From Mobula hypostoma (taxonomy: Eukaryota): a stretch of DNA of 64,000 nucleotides. The stretch covers positions 192,512,001 through 192,576,000 of the forward strand of contig NC_086097.1 in assembly GCF_963921235.1 (NCBI RefSeq), given 5' to 3'. The position numbers and the translations under genes were made by a program. The notes under the pieces were generated by a model that was not told where the DNA came from, ran no database searches, and saw only the letters and a list, made by a program, of their open reading frames with translations. Positions 22,786 through 34,902 of this stretch are shown piece by piece (positions within the stretch are counted from its first letter, which is position 1; each line of letters begins with the position of its first letter).

Positions 22786-25080
22786 TTTCTTCTTCCAATT
22801 ACATCAGCTCTTCATCTTTCAGTTCTTGGTCATGGGATGCCAAAACCTCTTCAACATCATCTTCGTCAGCGTCCACAAGCCAAACTCACTTTGTCCTTAC
22901 TTCATTCACCACGATCGAAACGCTTAATTATGTCTAGTTTTACGCAATGTGTAACACCCTTACGAGCTCTTTTAGGATTTTCTGATACCTCAGAACTCAT
23001 CTTGCAAACGGATGCTCAAAATAAATTGACATAAAGCACAGATGCTCACAGGCACGTGCTTAAGCAATGCCGGCTAGAATGCAGTTCCGGGGGAGGAGCT
23101 TGGCTGCTCAGGGCGCACGCTGCCTTTTTTCGTAACAGTGAAAACACCTTCTGAAGGCAAAAACAAGTAATTAATGTAGGTCTTTCGTAACAGCGAGGTG
23201 TCGTAAAGCAAACGTTCAAAAAGCGGGGGATACCCTTTTCTTTGATATTATTGGATAACTTACCTTCATATTTCATTTATTGGCATCTTATGGCTTTTTT
23301 ACTTGACTTTTATTAATTTTTAATGGTTTCCCAATCCTCTAACTTCCCAGTAATGTTTGCTGTATTATATGCCCTCTCTTTTGCTTTTATGGTGTTTTTT
23401 TATTTTCCTTGTCAGCCACGGTTGCATCACTCTGCCTTTAGAATACTACTTCTTCTTTGGGATGTATCTATCTGTGCCTTGCAAATTGTTACGAGAAACT
23501 CCAGCCTTTGCTTCTCTGCTGTCATCCCTGCTAGTGTTCCCTTCAAGTCAACTTTGGCTAGCTCCTCTCTCATGCCTCTGTAATTCTCCATCTCCATTGT
23601 AATACTGATTCATCTGAGTTTAGTTTCCCCTTCTCTAATTACAGAGTGAATTCTATCATAGTATGGTCAGTGCCTCCTAATGATTCCTTTACTTTAGGGT
23701 CCCTAATCAGAACCAGTTCATTACACGGCACCCAATCCAGAATAGATTATCTCCTAGTGGGCTCAACCACAAGCTACTCTGAAAAGTCACCAAGTGGGCA
23801 TTCTACAAATTCCCTCTTGGATCCAAAATCAGCACCACCCTGATTTCCCCAATCTAACTGCATATTGAAATCCCCCATGACTATTGTCTGGCTGATATGC
23901 AATTTTCTGTCTCTCCTTGTAATTTGTAGCTCACATCCTGACTAATGTTTGGAGGCTTGTATATAACTCCCATTAAGGTCTTTTTACCTTAATTCTACCC
24001 ACAACGATTCTACACCTTCCAATCCTATGTCACCTCTTTCTAAGGATTTGATTTCATTTTTTATCAACAGAGCCAAACCACCTCCTCTGCCTACCAGCCT
24101 GTCCTTTTGATGTAATGTTTCCCTCTTCACAATTTGTGTCTGCCGATTTAGTATTTGCAGTACTTTTCATGCTATTTCAGTCAAAATCATTCTTCAGTTT
24201 TCATTAATGGAAAATTGTCAAAGTATATCATTCTTGACCTTTTTGTACATATGCATTAAGATGAATTGGGCACTTAAGAGGAGCCATACATTAGACGTCT
24301 GCTCAAATATAAAATTAAAACTAAGTCCAAACCTAATCTAACAACAGCCAATTGGAGTGCAGGGCTTTTGGCATTCATCAGACGCAGGTCAGATTATCAG
24401 ACTCTACCCTTCATTATGCATTAGAAGCCCATTTTCAAAGAAAAAACTCCAATATAAAATGCTTTTTGCTTATGTACTGACGAGTAAAGTAATTGATACA
24501 GAATAATTGAATAGTATAAATGTCTTTATTCAAATGGAATCAGTCTTGTTTCGGTGGAAAACACTCGGCTCGCCTTAAATATAGCCCTCCATATTAAGTC
24601 AAGAAATCAAAGAGTTCTATGTATTTCCCAACAGGGTATCTTCCCTATAATTCAACCCATCCTATCCTTCTCAAGAGTTCCCTGAACCAGCTTAAGTGTA
24701 AGATTCTTTATCTGTAGGCGTTTCTTAAATTTTTGTGTAAAATGAGTAATGATGAGCAGTTTGAAACATATAAACACTATGACTCTATGCTTTTCAGTGA
24801 GTTGAGAAGACAATGAGGAATTTGAACTATTTCAAGTTGCTAAATGGTAGACAGGAAAATTTGCGGAAGCCAATGGGTAGGAACTGATAAGGGCAGTTCC
24901 TTACTGAAAACGACATCACGGATAGAGGTGATGGCAAAGAAGACTTTTGACACTCTGGCCTTCATCAGGCAGGGCAATGAGTGTGGGATTTAGGAAATTA
25001 TGTTGCAGTTATATTGGACATTGATAAGTGTGGGATTGTCGTATACAGTTTTGTTCATCCTGTTCATGGAAAGATATCAT

Positions 25081-27737
25081 TGTTATGTATTTAATATTTC
25101 AGTGATATTTAATTTTGTAACTATTTTGTTTGATTAAGCATTCTTGTTCATTCAAATAATTAATTATGGGTTATATGTAATTGTATGTGAATGATATATG
25201 TCATCAAGCCATCATGGCATATGTGCGCACTTTGCTCAAAGTGAAAACAAAGTTAGACAGGTCATACTTGGCTCTGTGTTTTTATTTCTATTACTTTTAT
25301 CTTTTGGAATTACAAAGCATAACAGTGGCGATGAGTTTTAAAGTGAACCTGAGACAACAACCTACCTGTTGAAGCACAGTGAGACATTTGAGCTATAAAA
25401 AAGTGAAACACACTTTCTTTGCAAGAAGAGATGTTCAAATTTATAAAAAGGCAGGAAACAGACAAAATTCATGGGTTAATAAACTCAGTACTGAGTAATA
25501 ATAAGAATAAGTTACAAAAGCAGAAATATGTAGCTACTTTGGAAAGATAGATCCATTTGATTGTATAAGGGATAACTGAAATATATATACTCAGCAAATT
25601 GAGCAGTATTTTAAAGGAAATGAAATAGCCATTGAGAGTTGAGGGCTGGTTTAAAGGCATACAGTTTGCTTCAACGATTGACTGTTCCAATCAAACTAGC
25701 TGAAATGACCTTCACTGATATCGTGAAAGTAATGCAGGGAGATTTAGAACCAAAACCATTGTTGATTGCAGGATGCATTTAGGTTTCATAAGCAAAATGA
25801 AAAGGAAGGGGAGTCCGTCTCAGTGAACATGGATGAATTGAAGAAGTTGCCTGAGCATTGTCAGTTTCGTTATGGGCTAAATGAACCACTGAGAGATTGT
25901 TTAGCTTGTGGAATCTTACAAGAAAGCATTCACAATTGAACCACAACCTTCATTTAAAGGAGCATCAATTTGCATAATATTATTGAAAAATCTGATAATG
26001 ATGAGAGTGACGCAGAACTGAGTAGCCTTGGAGTTTAAATGTGAAAAATAACAACAGACAAGCAATATGGCTTACACTAGAAATGAATGACAAATTAATT
26101 AAAATGGAATTGAACACTGGTTCAACTGTTTCAGTCATTCCAGAAAATGAGTTTGAATGGTACTTAACATATTGAACTGAAGCTTGTAAATATCCAACAA
26201 TGGCTTATATTGGAGAAAAGATAACTGCTGTGGGAATGACACTCATAACAGTGAAATACAACAACCAACAAGCTATACTGGGCTTGTATGTGGTAAAAAC
26301 AGGAGGGTCAGCATTGTGGGATTGTGTCTGGCTGAGGCAACATGCAATTTGACTGGAGAGCCATCCACCATATGCATATACATCCCCTGCAATTATGTGA
26401 ACTGAAAGCAGATTAAGTATTGGATGATGTCACAGCAGTGTTCAAGGATGGCACTGGAAAATTCAAAGATATGAAAGTAGCCAGACAATTAGATTACATG
26501 GAGGCTGAAGGAATTTTTTCCAAGGTTTGGTGGAGCCAATGGGTAATGCCAGTTGTCCCAGTAGCCATAAAGAATGGGTGCATCAGGATCTGTGATGACC
26601 TTATGATCTCCATCAACACAGTATGGAAAGTAGACCAATACCCTCTGTCCAGGATAGGGGATACCTTTGCAAACTTCTCTGGAAGAAAACACTTTAATTC
26701 CAAGGTGTTATTATTTCAGAGAACTTTTCTTGGGCCCAGCACTTAAGTGCAATTATGAAGAAAGAACAGCAGCACCTCTACTTCCTTAGGGGTTTTTGGA
26801 GATTTGGCATAACATCTAAAACTTTGACAAACTTCTATAGATGCGTAGTGGAGAGTATATTGACTGGCTGCATCACAGCCTGGTATGGAAGCACCAATGC
26901 CCTTGAACAGAAAATATTGCAAAATGTAGTGGATATGGCCCAGTCTATCATGGGTAAAGCTCTCCCAACCATTGGGCTCATCTACATGAAATACTGTAGC
27001 AGAAAAGCAGCAACCATCAACAGGGAACCCCACTACCCAGGACATGCTCTCTTCTCACTACTGCCCTCTGGACGAAGGTACAGGATCAACACCTCCAAGT
27101 TCAGGACCATCAGGCTCCTGAACCAAAGGGCATAATTTCACTCCCAGCTTCACTTGCCACATCATTGAAATGTTTCTACAACCAAGGATTCCTCGCCTCA
27201 TGTTCTCAATATATATATTGTTTATTTATGTATTACTATTACTTATTTTGTACTTGCATAGTTTGTTATCTTTTGCACTCTGGTTGAACACCCTAGTTGG
27301 GTGGTCTTTTATTGATTCTGTTTTTGTTATTATTCTATAGGTTTATGCCCACAAGAAAATGAATCTTGGGTTGGAGGGGGTATATGTTGACATTTATGTA
27401 CTTTGATAATAAATTTACATTGAACTTTGAACTTTGAACTTCAGCAAAGTGGACTTAGCTGAAGCCTGCCTACAGATGGAGATGGAGGAAGAGTCCATAA
27501 AAACTCACAACGGGCTTTATCATTATAATAGGCTTATTTTTAGAGTACACCTGCACTCTTGCAGAAAGCTATGGTCTAGGTGCTACAAGGGTGTCCAGGC
27601 ACTCAGTGTTAGCTGGATGCCACCATTGTCATATGTACGTGCCTCATTTAAAGTGAAAACAAAGTTAGACACATTATTTCTGGCACCTTGTTCTTATTTT
27701 GATTAGTTCTTAGGTTTTGAAGTTACAAAACATAACA
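25081..27737 (+). mobile_element. Gypsy/Ty3 LTR retrotransposon, decayed and internally deleted
   Basis: 5' LTR TG..CA at 25081-25324 followed by PBS-like tggcgatgag; partial 3' LTR ~27630-27737 (aaagtgaaaacaaagttagaca...cataaca in both). Protease remnant MELNTGSTVSVIP (~26103-26141); RT remnant PVVPV.KNGCIRICDD...DQYPL...HF|SKVDLAEACLQ. Confidence 0.85.
26697..27440 (+). mobile_element. Rex1/Babar-like LINE 3' fragment nested in the Gypsy RT
   Basis: QQHLYFLR...NFYRCVVESILTGCITAWYG...HYPGHALFSLLPSGRRYR; (ttgaact)n tail. Confidence 0.85.
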
Positions 27738-29745
27738 ATTACTAAATTAGAAAAAGTGCAGATAAGATTTACCAGGATGTTGCCTGGACTTGTGGACTGA
27801 GTTACAAGAAGATGTTTCATAAACCAGGACTTTAATTCCTGGAATGTAGGAGATTGAGGGGTGAATTTATAGAGGTATAATTTCATGACAGACAGGAACA
27901 GAGTGAAAGCACATTGTATTTTCCAGGGAGGTAAGACATAGGTTTAAGATCAGGTGCTGGAGATTTAAAAGGGACATTAGGGAGAACTTGAAAGTAGAAT
28001 TTTTATGTAATGACATCATTGTTCATCTACGTAGAAAAGATCATGGGATTGGCAGTGCTGTTAAGCAAGTCTTGGTAGTTAATGGTTTTGAATTTTTTTA
28101 TGGTAAGCACCAAAAAAACAGGTCTTCAGTGTGATTGATGTTGTGCCAATCAAGAATCTGTTTTTACCTGTTCCCCCCCACCCCCCACCACCCCAGATGG
28201 TTTGAGTCCATGCATGTTATTAGAACTGCATGCTTCCAGGCAATGGACACTATTCCATCGTGCTCCATATTTACGCCTTGTAGATTGTGTAAGAGCTTTG
28301 GGAGGTCAGGAGGTGAATCACTTAAGCAATATTTATGTGGCTGACACAGTTAACCTTTGGATTAATGTTAGGTCCTCCAAGATTCTGATAGCTGCGGTCA
28401 TGGCATTAATAATTCTAAGTAAATCTGTTCTCAAAGTACATATATGTCACCATATACTATCCTGATCCATTTAAAATTTAATAATTATATAACCATATAG
28501 CCATATCACAATTACAGCACGGAAACAGGCCATCTCAGCCCTTCTAGTCCGTGCCAAACTCTTACTCTCACCTAATCCCACTGACCTGCACTCAGCCCAT
28601 AACCCTCCATTCCTTTCCTGTCCATATAGCTGTCCAATTTAACTTTAAACAACAACATCGAACCTGCCTCAACCACTTCTGCTGGAAGGGCGTTCCACAC
28701 AGCTACCACTTTCTGAGTAAAGAAGTTCCCCTTCATGTTACCCCTCAACTTTTGCTGTTTAACTCTCAACTCATGTCCTCTTGTTTGAATCTCCCCCACT
28801 CTCAATGGAAAAAGCCTATCCATGTCAACTCTATCGATCGCCCTCATAATTTTAAATACCTCTATCAAGTACCCCCTCAACCTTCTACGTTCCAAAGAAT
28901 AAAGACCCGACTTGTTCAACCTTTCTTTGTAACTTAGGTGATGAAACCCAGGTAACATTCTAGTAAATCTTCTCTGTACTCTCTCTATTTTGTTGACATC
29001 TTTCCAAAAATTCGGTGAGCAAAACTGTACACAATACTCCAAATTTGGCCTTACCAATGCCTTGCAGAATTTTAACATTACATTCCAACTCCTATACCCA
29101 ATGCTCTGATTTATAAAGGCCCCAGCATACCAAAAGCTTTCTTCACCACCCTATCCACATGAGATTCTACCTTCAGGAATAATGCACCATTATTCCTAGA
29201 TCCCTCTGTTCTACTACATTCTTCAATGCCCTACCATTTACCACTTTGTCATATTTTGATTAGTCCTACCAAAATGTAGCACCTCACATTTATCAGCATT
29301 AAACTCCATCTGCTGTCTTTCAGCCCACTCTTCTAACTGGCCTAAATCTCTCTGCAAGCTTTGAAAACCTACTTCATTATCCACAACACCACCTGTCTTA
29401 GTATCGTCTGCATACTTACTCATGCAATTTACCACCCCATCATTCAGATCATTATTGTATATGACAAATAACATTGGCCCCAGTACAGATCCCTGAGGCA
29501 CACAACTAGTCACCGGCCTCCAATCTGAGGAACAGTTATCCACCACTATCTCTTGCGTCTCCCAGCCAGCCACTGTTGAATCCATTTTACTACTTCAATA
29601 TTAATACCTAACGATTGAACCTAACTAACCAACCTTCGGTGTAGGACCTTGTCAAAGGCCTTACTGAAGTCCATATAGACAATATCCACTGCTTTACCCT
29701 CATCAACTTTCCTCGTAACCTCTTCAAAAAATTCAGTAAGGTTTA

Positions 29746-31001
29746 CATAGAAATATAGAAAATAGGTGCAGGAGTAGGCCATTCAGCCCTTCGAGCCTGC
29801 ACCACCATTTATTATGATCATGGCTGATCATCCAACTCAGAACCCCGCCCCAGCCTTCCCTCCATACCCCCTGACCCCCGTAGCCACAAGGGCCATATCT
29901 AACTCCCTCTTAAATATAGCCAATGAACTGGCCTCAACTGTTTCCCGTGGCAGAGAATTCCACAGATTCACCACTCTCTGTGTGAAGAAGTTTTTCCTAA
30001 TCTTGGTCCTAAAAGGCTTCCCCTCTATCCTCAAACTGTGGCCCCTCGTTCTGGACTTCCCCAACATCGGGAACAATCTTCCTGCATCTAGCCTGTCCAA
30101 TCCCTTTAGGATCTTATACGTTTCAATCAGATCCCCCCTCAATCTTCTAAATTCCAACGAGTACAAGCCCAGTTCATCCAGTCTTTCTTCATATGAAAGT
30201 CCTGCCATCCCAGGAATCAATCTGGTGAACCTTCTTTGTACTCCCTCTATGGCAAGGATGTCTTTTCTCAGATTAGGGGACCAAAACTGCACACAATACT
30301 CCAAGTGTGGTCTCACCAAGGCCTTGTACAACTGCAGTAGTACCTCCCTGCTCCTGTACTCGAATCCTCTCGCTATAAATGCCAGCATACCATTCGCCTT
30401 TTTCACCGCCTGCTGTACCTGCATGCCCACTTTCAATGACTGGTGTATAATGACACCCAGGTCTCGTTGCACCTCCACTTTTCCTAATCGGCCACCATTC
30501 AGATAATAATCTGTTTTCCTATTTTTGCCACCAAAGTGGATAACTTCACATTTATCCACATTAAATTGCATCTGCCATGAGTTTGCCCACTCACCCAACC
30601 TATCCAAGTCACCCTGCATCCTCTTAGCATCCTCCTCACGGCTAACACTGCCACCCAGCTTCGTGTCATCCGCAAACTTGGAGATGCTGCATTTAATTCC
30701 CTCATCCAAGTCATTAATATATATTGTAAACAACTGGGGTCCCAGCACTGAGCCTTGCGGTACCCCACTAGTCACCGCCTGCCATTCTGAGAAGGTCCCG
30801 TTTATTCCCACTCTTTGCTTCCTGACTGCTAACCAATTCTCCACCCACACCAATACCTTACCCCCAATACCGTGTGCTTTAAGTTTGCACACTAATCTCC
30901 TGTGTGGGACCTTGTCAAAAGCCTTTTGAAAATCCAAATATACCACATCCACTGGTTCTCCCCTATCCACTCTACTAGTTACATCCTCAAAAAATTCTAT
31001 G
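29746..31001 (-). mobile_element. young CR1 LINE, 5'-truncated, nested (377-aa open RT C-terminus)
   Basis: ORF 29837-30970 is nearly identical to the C-terminal half of 20440-22773; tttctat tail at 29746-29762. Confidence 0.95.
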
Positions 31002-31435
31002 ACCTTCCACGCTCAAATCCATGTTGACTGTTCCTAATCAGACCCTGTCTATCCAGATAATTATATATACAATCTCTAAGAATACTTTCCATCAATTTGC
31101 CCACCACTGACGTGAAACTCACAGGCCGATAATTGCTAGGTTTACCCTTAGAACCCTTTTTAAACAATGGAACAACATGAGCAATACGCCAATCCTCCAG
31201 CACCATCGCCGTTTCTAATGACATTTGAAATATTTCAGCCAGAGCCCCTGCTACTTCCACACTAACTTCCCTTAAGATCCTAGGGAATATCCTGTCAGGA
31301 CCCGGAGACTTATCCACTTTTATATTCCTTAAAAGCTCCAGTACTTCCTCTTCTTTAATCATCATAGTTTCCATTACTTCCCTACCTATTTCCCTCACCT
31401 TACACAATTCAATATTCTTCTCCTTAGTGAATACT

Positions 31436-31836
31436 TTATATTTTATACTTTATTGTCACCAAACAATTGATACTAGAATGTACAATCATCACAGTGATAT
31501 TTCATTCTTCGCTTCCCGCTCCCTGGATTACAAATTGATAATAAATATTAAAAATTTAAATTATAAATCATAAATAGAAAATGGAAAAATGAAAAGTAAG
31601 GTATTGCAAAAAAAAACCGAGAGGAGGTCCAGATATTTGGAGGGTACGGCCCAGATCCGGGTCAGGATCTGTTCAGCAGTCTTATTACAGTTTGAAAGAA
31701 GCTGTTCCCAAATCTGGCCATACAAGACTTCGAGCTCCTGAGCCTTCTCCCGGAGGGAAGAGGGACGAAAAGTGTGTTGGCTGGGTGGGTCGTGTCCTTG
31801 ATTATCCTGGTAGCACTGCTCCGACAGCGTGCAGCA
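31436..31836 (-). mobile_element. Rex1-like LINE 3' fragment nested in CR1
   Basis: RIIKDTTHPANTLFVPLPSGRRLRS...NSFFQTVIRLLN; host sequence tagtgaatac|tgaagaaaag is split. Confidence 0.8.
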
Positions 31837-34800
31837 CTGAAGAAAAGAAATAGTTCAGAATATCCCCCATCTCTTTTGGCTCCACACATAGCTGCCCACT
31901 CTGATTCCGTAAGGGACCAATTTTATCCCTCATTATTCTTTTGCTATTAATATAACGGTAGAAACCCTTGGGATTTATTTTCACCTTACTTGCCAAAGCA
32001 ACCTCATATCTTCTTTTTGCTTTTCGAATTTCTTTCTTAAGATTATTTTAACATCTTTTATATTCCTTGAGCATCTCATTTACTCCATGCTGCCTATATT
32101 TATTGTAGATATCTCTCTTTTTCCCAACCAAGTTTCCAATATCCCTTGAAAACCATGGCTCTCTCAAACTTTTAACCTTTCCTTTCAACCAGAACATAAA
32201 GATCCTGTACTCTCAGAATTTCGCCTTTAAATGACCTCCATTTCTCTATTACGTTCTTCCCATAAAACAAATTGTCCCAATCCTCTCCTCCTAAATCCTT
32301 TCGCGTCTCCTCAAAATTAGCCTTTCTCCAATCAAAAATCTCAACCCTGGGTCCAGACCTATCCTTCTCCATAATTATATTGAAACTAATAGCATTGTGA
32401 TCATTGGACCCAAAGTGCTCCCCAACACAAACATTTGTCACCTGACCTATCTCATTCCCTAACAGGGGATCCAACACTGCCCCTTCTCTAGTTGGTACCT
32501 CTATGTATTGCTGCAAAAAACTATCCTGCACACATTTTACAAACTCCAAACCATCCAGCCCTTTTACATTATGTGCTTCCTAGTCTATGTGTGGAAAATT
32601 AAAATCTCCCACAATCACAACATTGTGCTTACTACAAATATCTTCAATTATCAAAGTGAAGTCTTTATAGTTTAAAATAAACATTGCTTGACATTTGTGT
32701 GGTTTAAGTGTCATTATCCCTTGCCAATTGTTCAACCATGGGGAAACATTCTACTCTTATGATGGAAGTAAAGTCATTGATGAAGATGTGTTAATTAGTT
32801 TCTGATAACAACAAACATCTTTTTTTTTGTTTCGGAATTTAAATTTCTGATCATTAGAGAGATTTTCCCTTGATTTTGATTGATCAGTTTCATTAACTTT
32901 CTTTGATGCTTTGTTCAAATGCTTGCAGTAACATAGACATCCTGAGAAAAGAATCTTCCACAGCCAAGGCAAAAACTTTGGGATAATCTATTTTGAATAA
33001 GCAGAAACCTTAGGATAAATTACTAAGCACATGAAATGAAATTCAAACATGTTCTTCAGTACTGTGCAAATTTGAGTTCAAATATTACTAAATATTTTCT
33101 GTCAAATGTTCCAGCAGTATTTATTCTATTAACAGATTTTGATAAAGAAATTTACAATAGGAAAAGATGTGCATAATTATTATAATCTGGGCTTCCAGCC
33201 ATGGATCTACTAACAAATAAGCACTGTTAAAGTAAGAGAACACAGTTAAATTTAGCTGTGTCAACTTATTCAGGAAGCAAAGCATTCTTTATGGTTTCCA
33301 GTTTGAGTAGCATTAATAAATACTGCAGATAAAAAATGAAACAAAAGCACTTTACATTGAAGGATGTTGATGATATCTTTGTTCAGCATGTACACAAATA
33401 ATGTTCACAATGCTTTACTTTTAGATGTTGTTAAAAAAAGTAAATTTGGTGATGGGGTTTATATCTAAGAAGGCATTGCAAAGGCCAGCCGATGCTAAAC
33501 TGGCAAACTCTCCATTCAGTTTATGCCTGCAACCTGGGTGTAAAACCTGTTTATTTATACCCAGGCATTATAATTTTTTGCTGATTAATTTGGTAGAAAG
33601 GGTGATTTTGTCTGTGTGAGGCTAGAGCTCAGATGTACATTTAAGCAGCATGAGAGATGACTAATATGAAGATCTTTTTTGTTCAGTCCTAATATTTGTT
33701 TTATTCTCATGAATAATCTGCTATTCACAATCCTGAGAACATGTGAATACAAGGATACCAGAAAAAAATGGAAGTTGTAAAAACCCAGTCTCAGCCCTTC
33801 CTCTCACTTCTCTGTAGCAACAATCATCCCTCTACAGACTATTCCTGTTGCAGAGTTTCAACCATCTCTTTACCTCCACTGATGCTGATTCAGACCTTGA
33901 GTTTGTCCAGTGGTTTGTTTTCTGATCAAGATTTCAGCATCCACAGTTTCTTTTGTTTTCCAAAAGGAAATGACTACCTAATTCATATTTGACGACTCTG
34001 AAATTTGAATATTGCTGTTAAATTCCGATAAAGGGTTTCATCTTAAAACTGAGTCAGAAACCTACATTGCAGTATCTTTCTTTGTATCATCTCTTCTACA
34101 TTGTCCTCTCAATGTTTGGAAGATGATGAGAACTTCTACTAAAAATTTTAACATAGAACTTTTACAGAACAACAAAATGCATAAATGCCATCATATTGAT
34201 ATGAAATATTATTCTTTTAGTTAAGCCATCATCTAGACTTAGCTTAGAAACTAGATCCACTAAGAACACCAAAGTGAACTTATATACTCTGGATTGGACT
34301 GTCATTGTTTTCAGGATTTGACAAATTGGCATGATACTTTCATGTGTTATTCACCTTACTGTGTCTGAAAATTTTCTTTTTTCCTAACAGTGTCATAAGT
34401 CATGTGCCACACATTTTATCCCTCACTGACATAACTGGAGTGTGGTTGCAGCCAGTGCTATTTGTGGAACACTACTAAATAATAAAAGCGTATCGCTAAT
34501 GAGAAATGAATTACAGCATTTCCATTCTGATATTGGTGACCTGCATGCACTGTCTGATACCCACACTTTTCTGTGTTCAGAATATTTGAAACATCATTCC
34601 TGGTTATTCTATCAATGATGGCAATCTATATCAGACCAATATGTTAAGATCCTACACCTCATTGTGGCTGAAGTTGAATGGGAATTGATCAGTATATACA
34701 TCATGTGGAGCTTATCCACATATGCAGAAATCTGCCTTCTTCCTTCTACTCTATGTTTTCCTTCATGTCCACAGCAGCCTTTGAAACACCTGTCATGAAG

Positions 34801-34902
34801 ACAGTTCTGATGTACTTGCCAGTGATCATCATGGAAAAGGCACATCTGGGAGATCTTCAAGTAAGTCCCATTAGTTCTGTTTCAGCATATAATTCTGTGT
34901 AC

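Larger units (their letters stand above)
19153..23234 (-). mobile_element. Tigger/pogo-like DNA transposon, internally deleted, non-autonomous
   Basis: TA|caggtttcccctgc at left and gcgggggatacc at right (imperfect TIRs). Minus-strand N-terminal KRARKGVTHCVKLDIIKRFDRGE (~22900-22980, CENP-B/psq HTH-like) joined to an acidic region and C-terminal KQSSILSFFKP (20000-20340). No DDE core seen. Confidence 0.75.
17320..24120 (-). mobile_element. old long CR1 LINE (host of a nest)
   Basis: 3'UTR at ~17320-17500; QFWAPYLRKD...GLYSLEFR at ~18010-18170; MGDKEMVDELNKYF at ~19060; endonuclease-region remnants at 23240-24120. Confidence 0.78.
24840..27990 (+). mobile_element. old CR1 3' fragment interrupted by a Gypsy element
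   Basis: CR1-like sequence at 24840-25080 (ending gaaagatatcat) resumes at ~27740 (aaattagaaaaagtgcagataagatttaccaggatgttgcctgga). Confidence 0.6.
28490..32642 (-). mobile_element. CR1 LINE, long, split by two insertions
   Basis: Collinear ORF2 pieces: 32172-32549 (EN: AVLDPLL, GSNDHN), 31802-31996, 30997-31407 (KSPGPD, NYRPVS, QHGF), 29238-29585 (VPQGSVLGP, KYADD), 28572-29078; (atatggtt)-type tail. Confidence 0.9.

Noticed and set aside
20417..22927. Recurrent + strand ORFs (MPPKWITSHL..., MNLLCTPSM...), also at 29814-30929 and 47969-50622
   Set aside because: Antisense shadows of CR1 ORF2; they recur only because the copies are near-identical.
24477..24560. CTGACGAG, a possible hammerhead core
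   Set aside because: No stem II or appropriately placed GAAA and stems follow.
33533..33565. 12-bp hairpin cctgggtgtaaa / tttatacccagg
   Set aside because: Short, with no family motif; compatible with chance.
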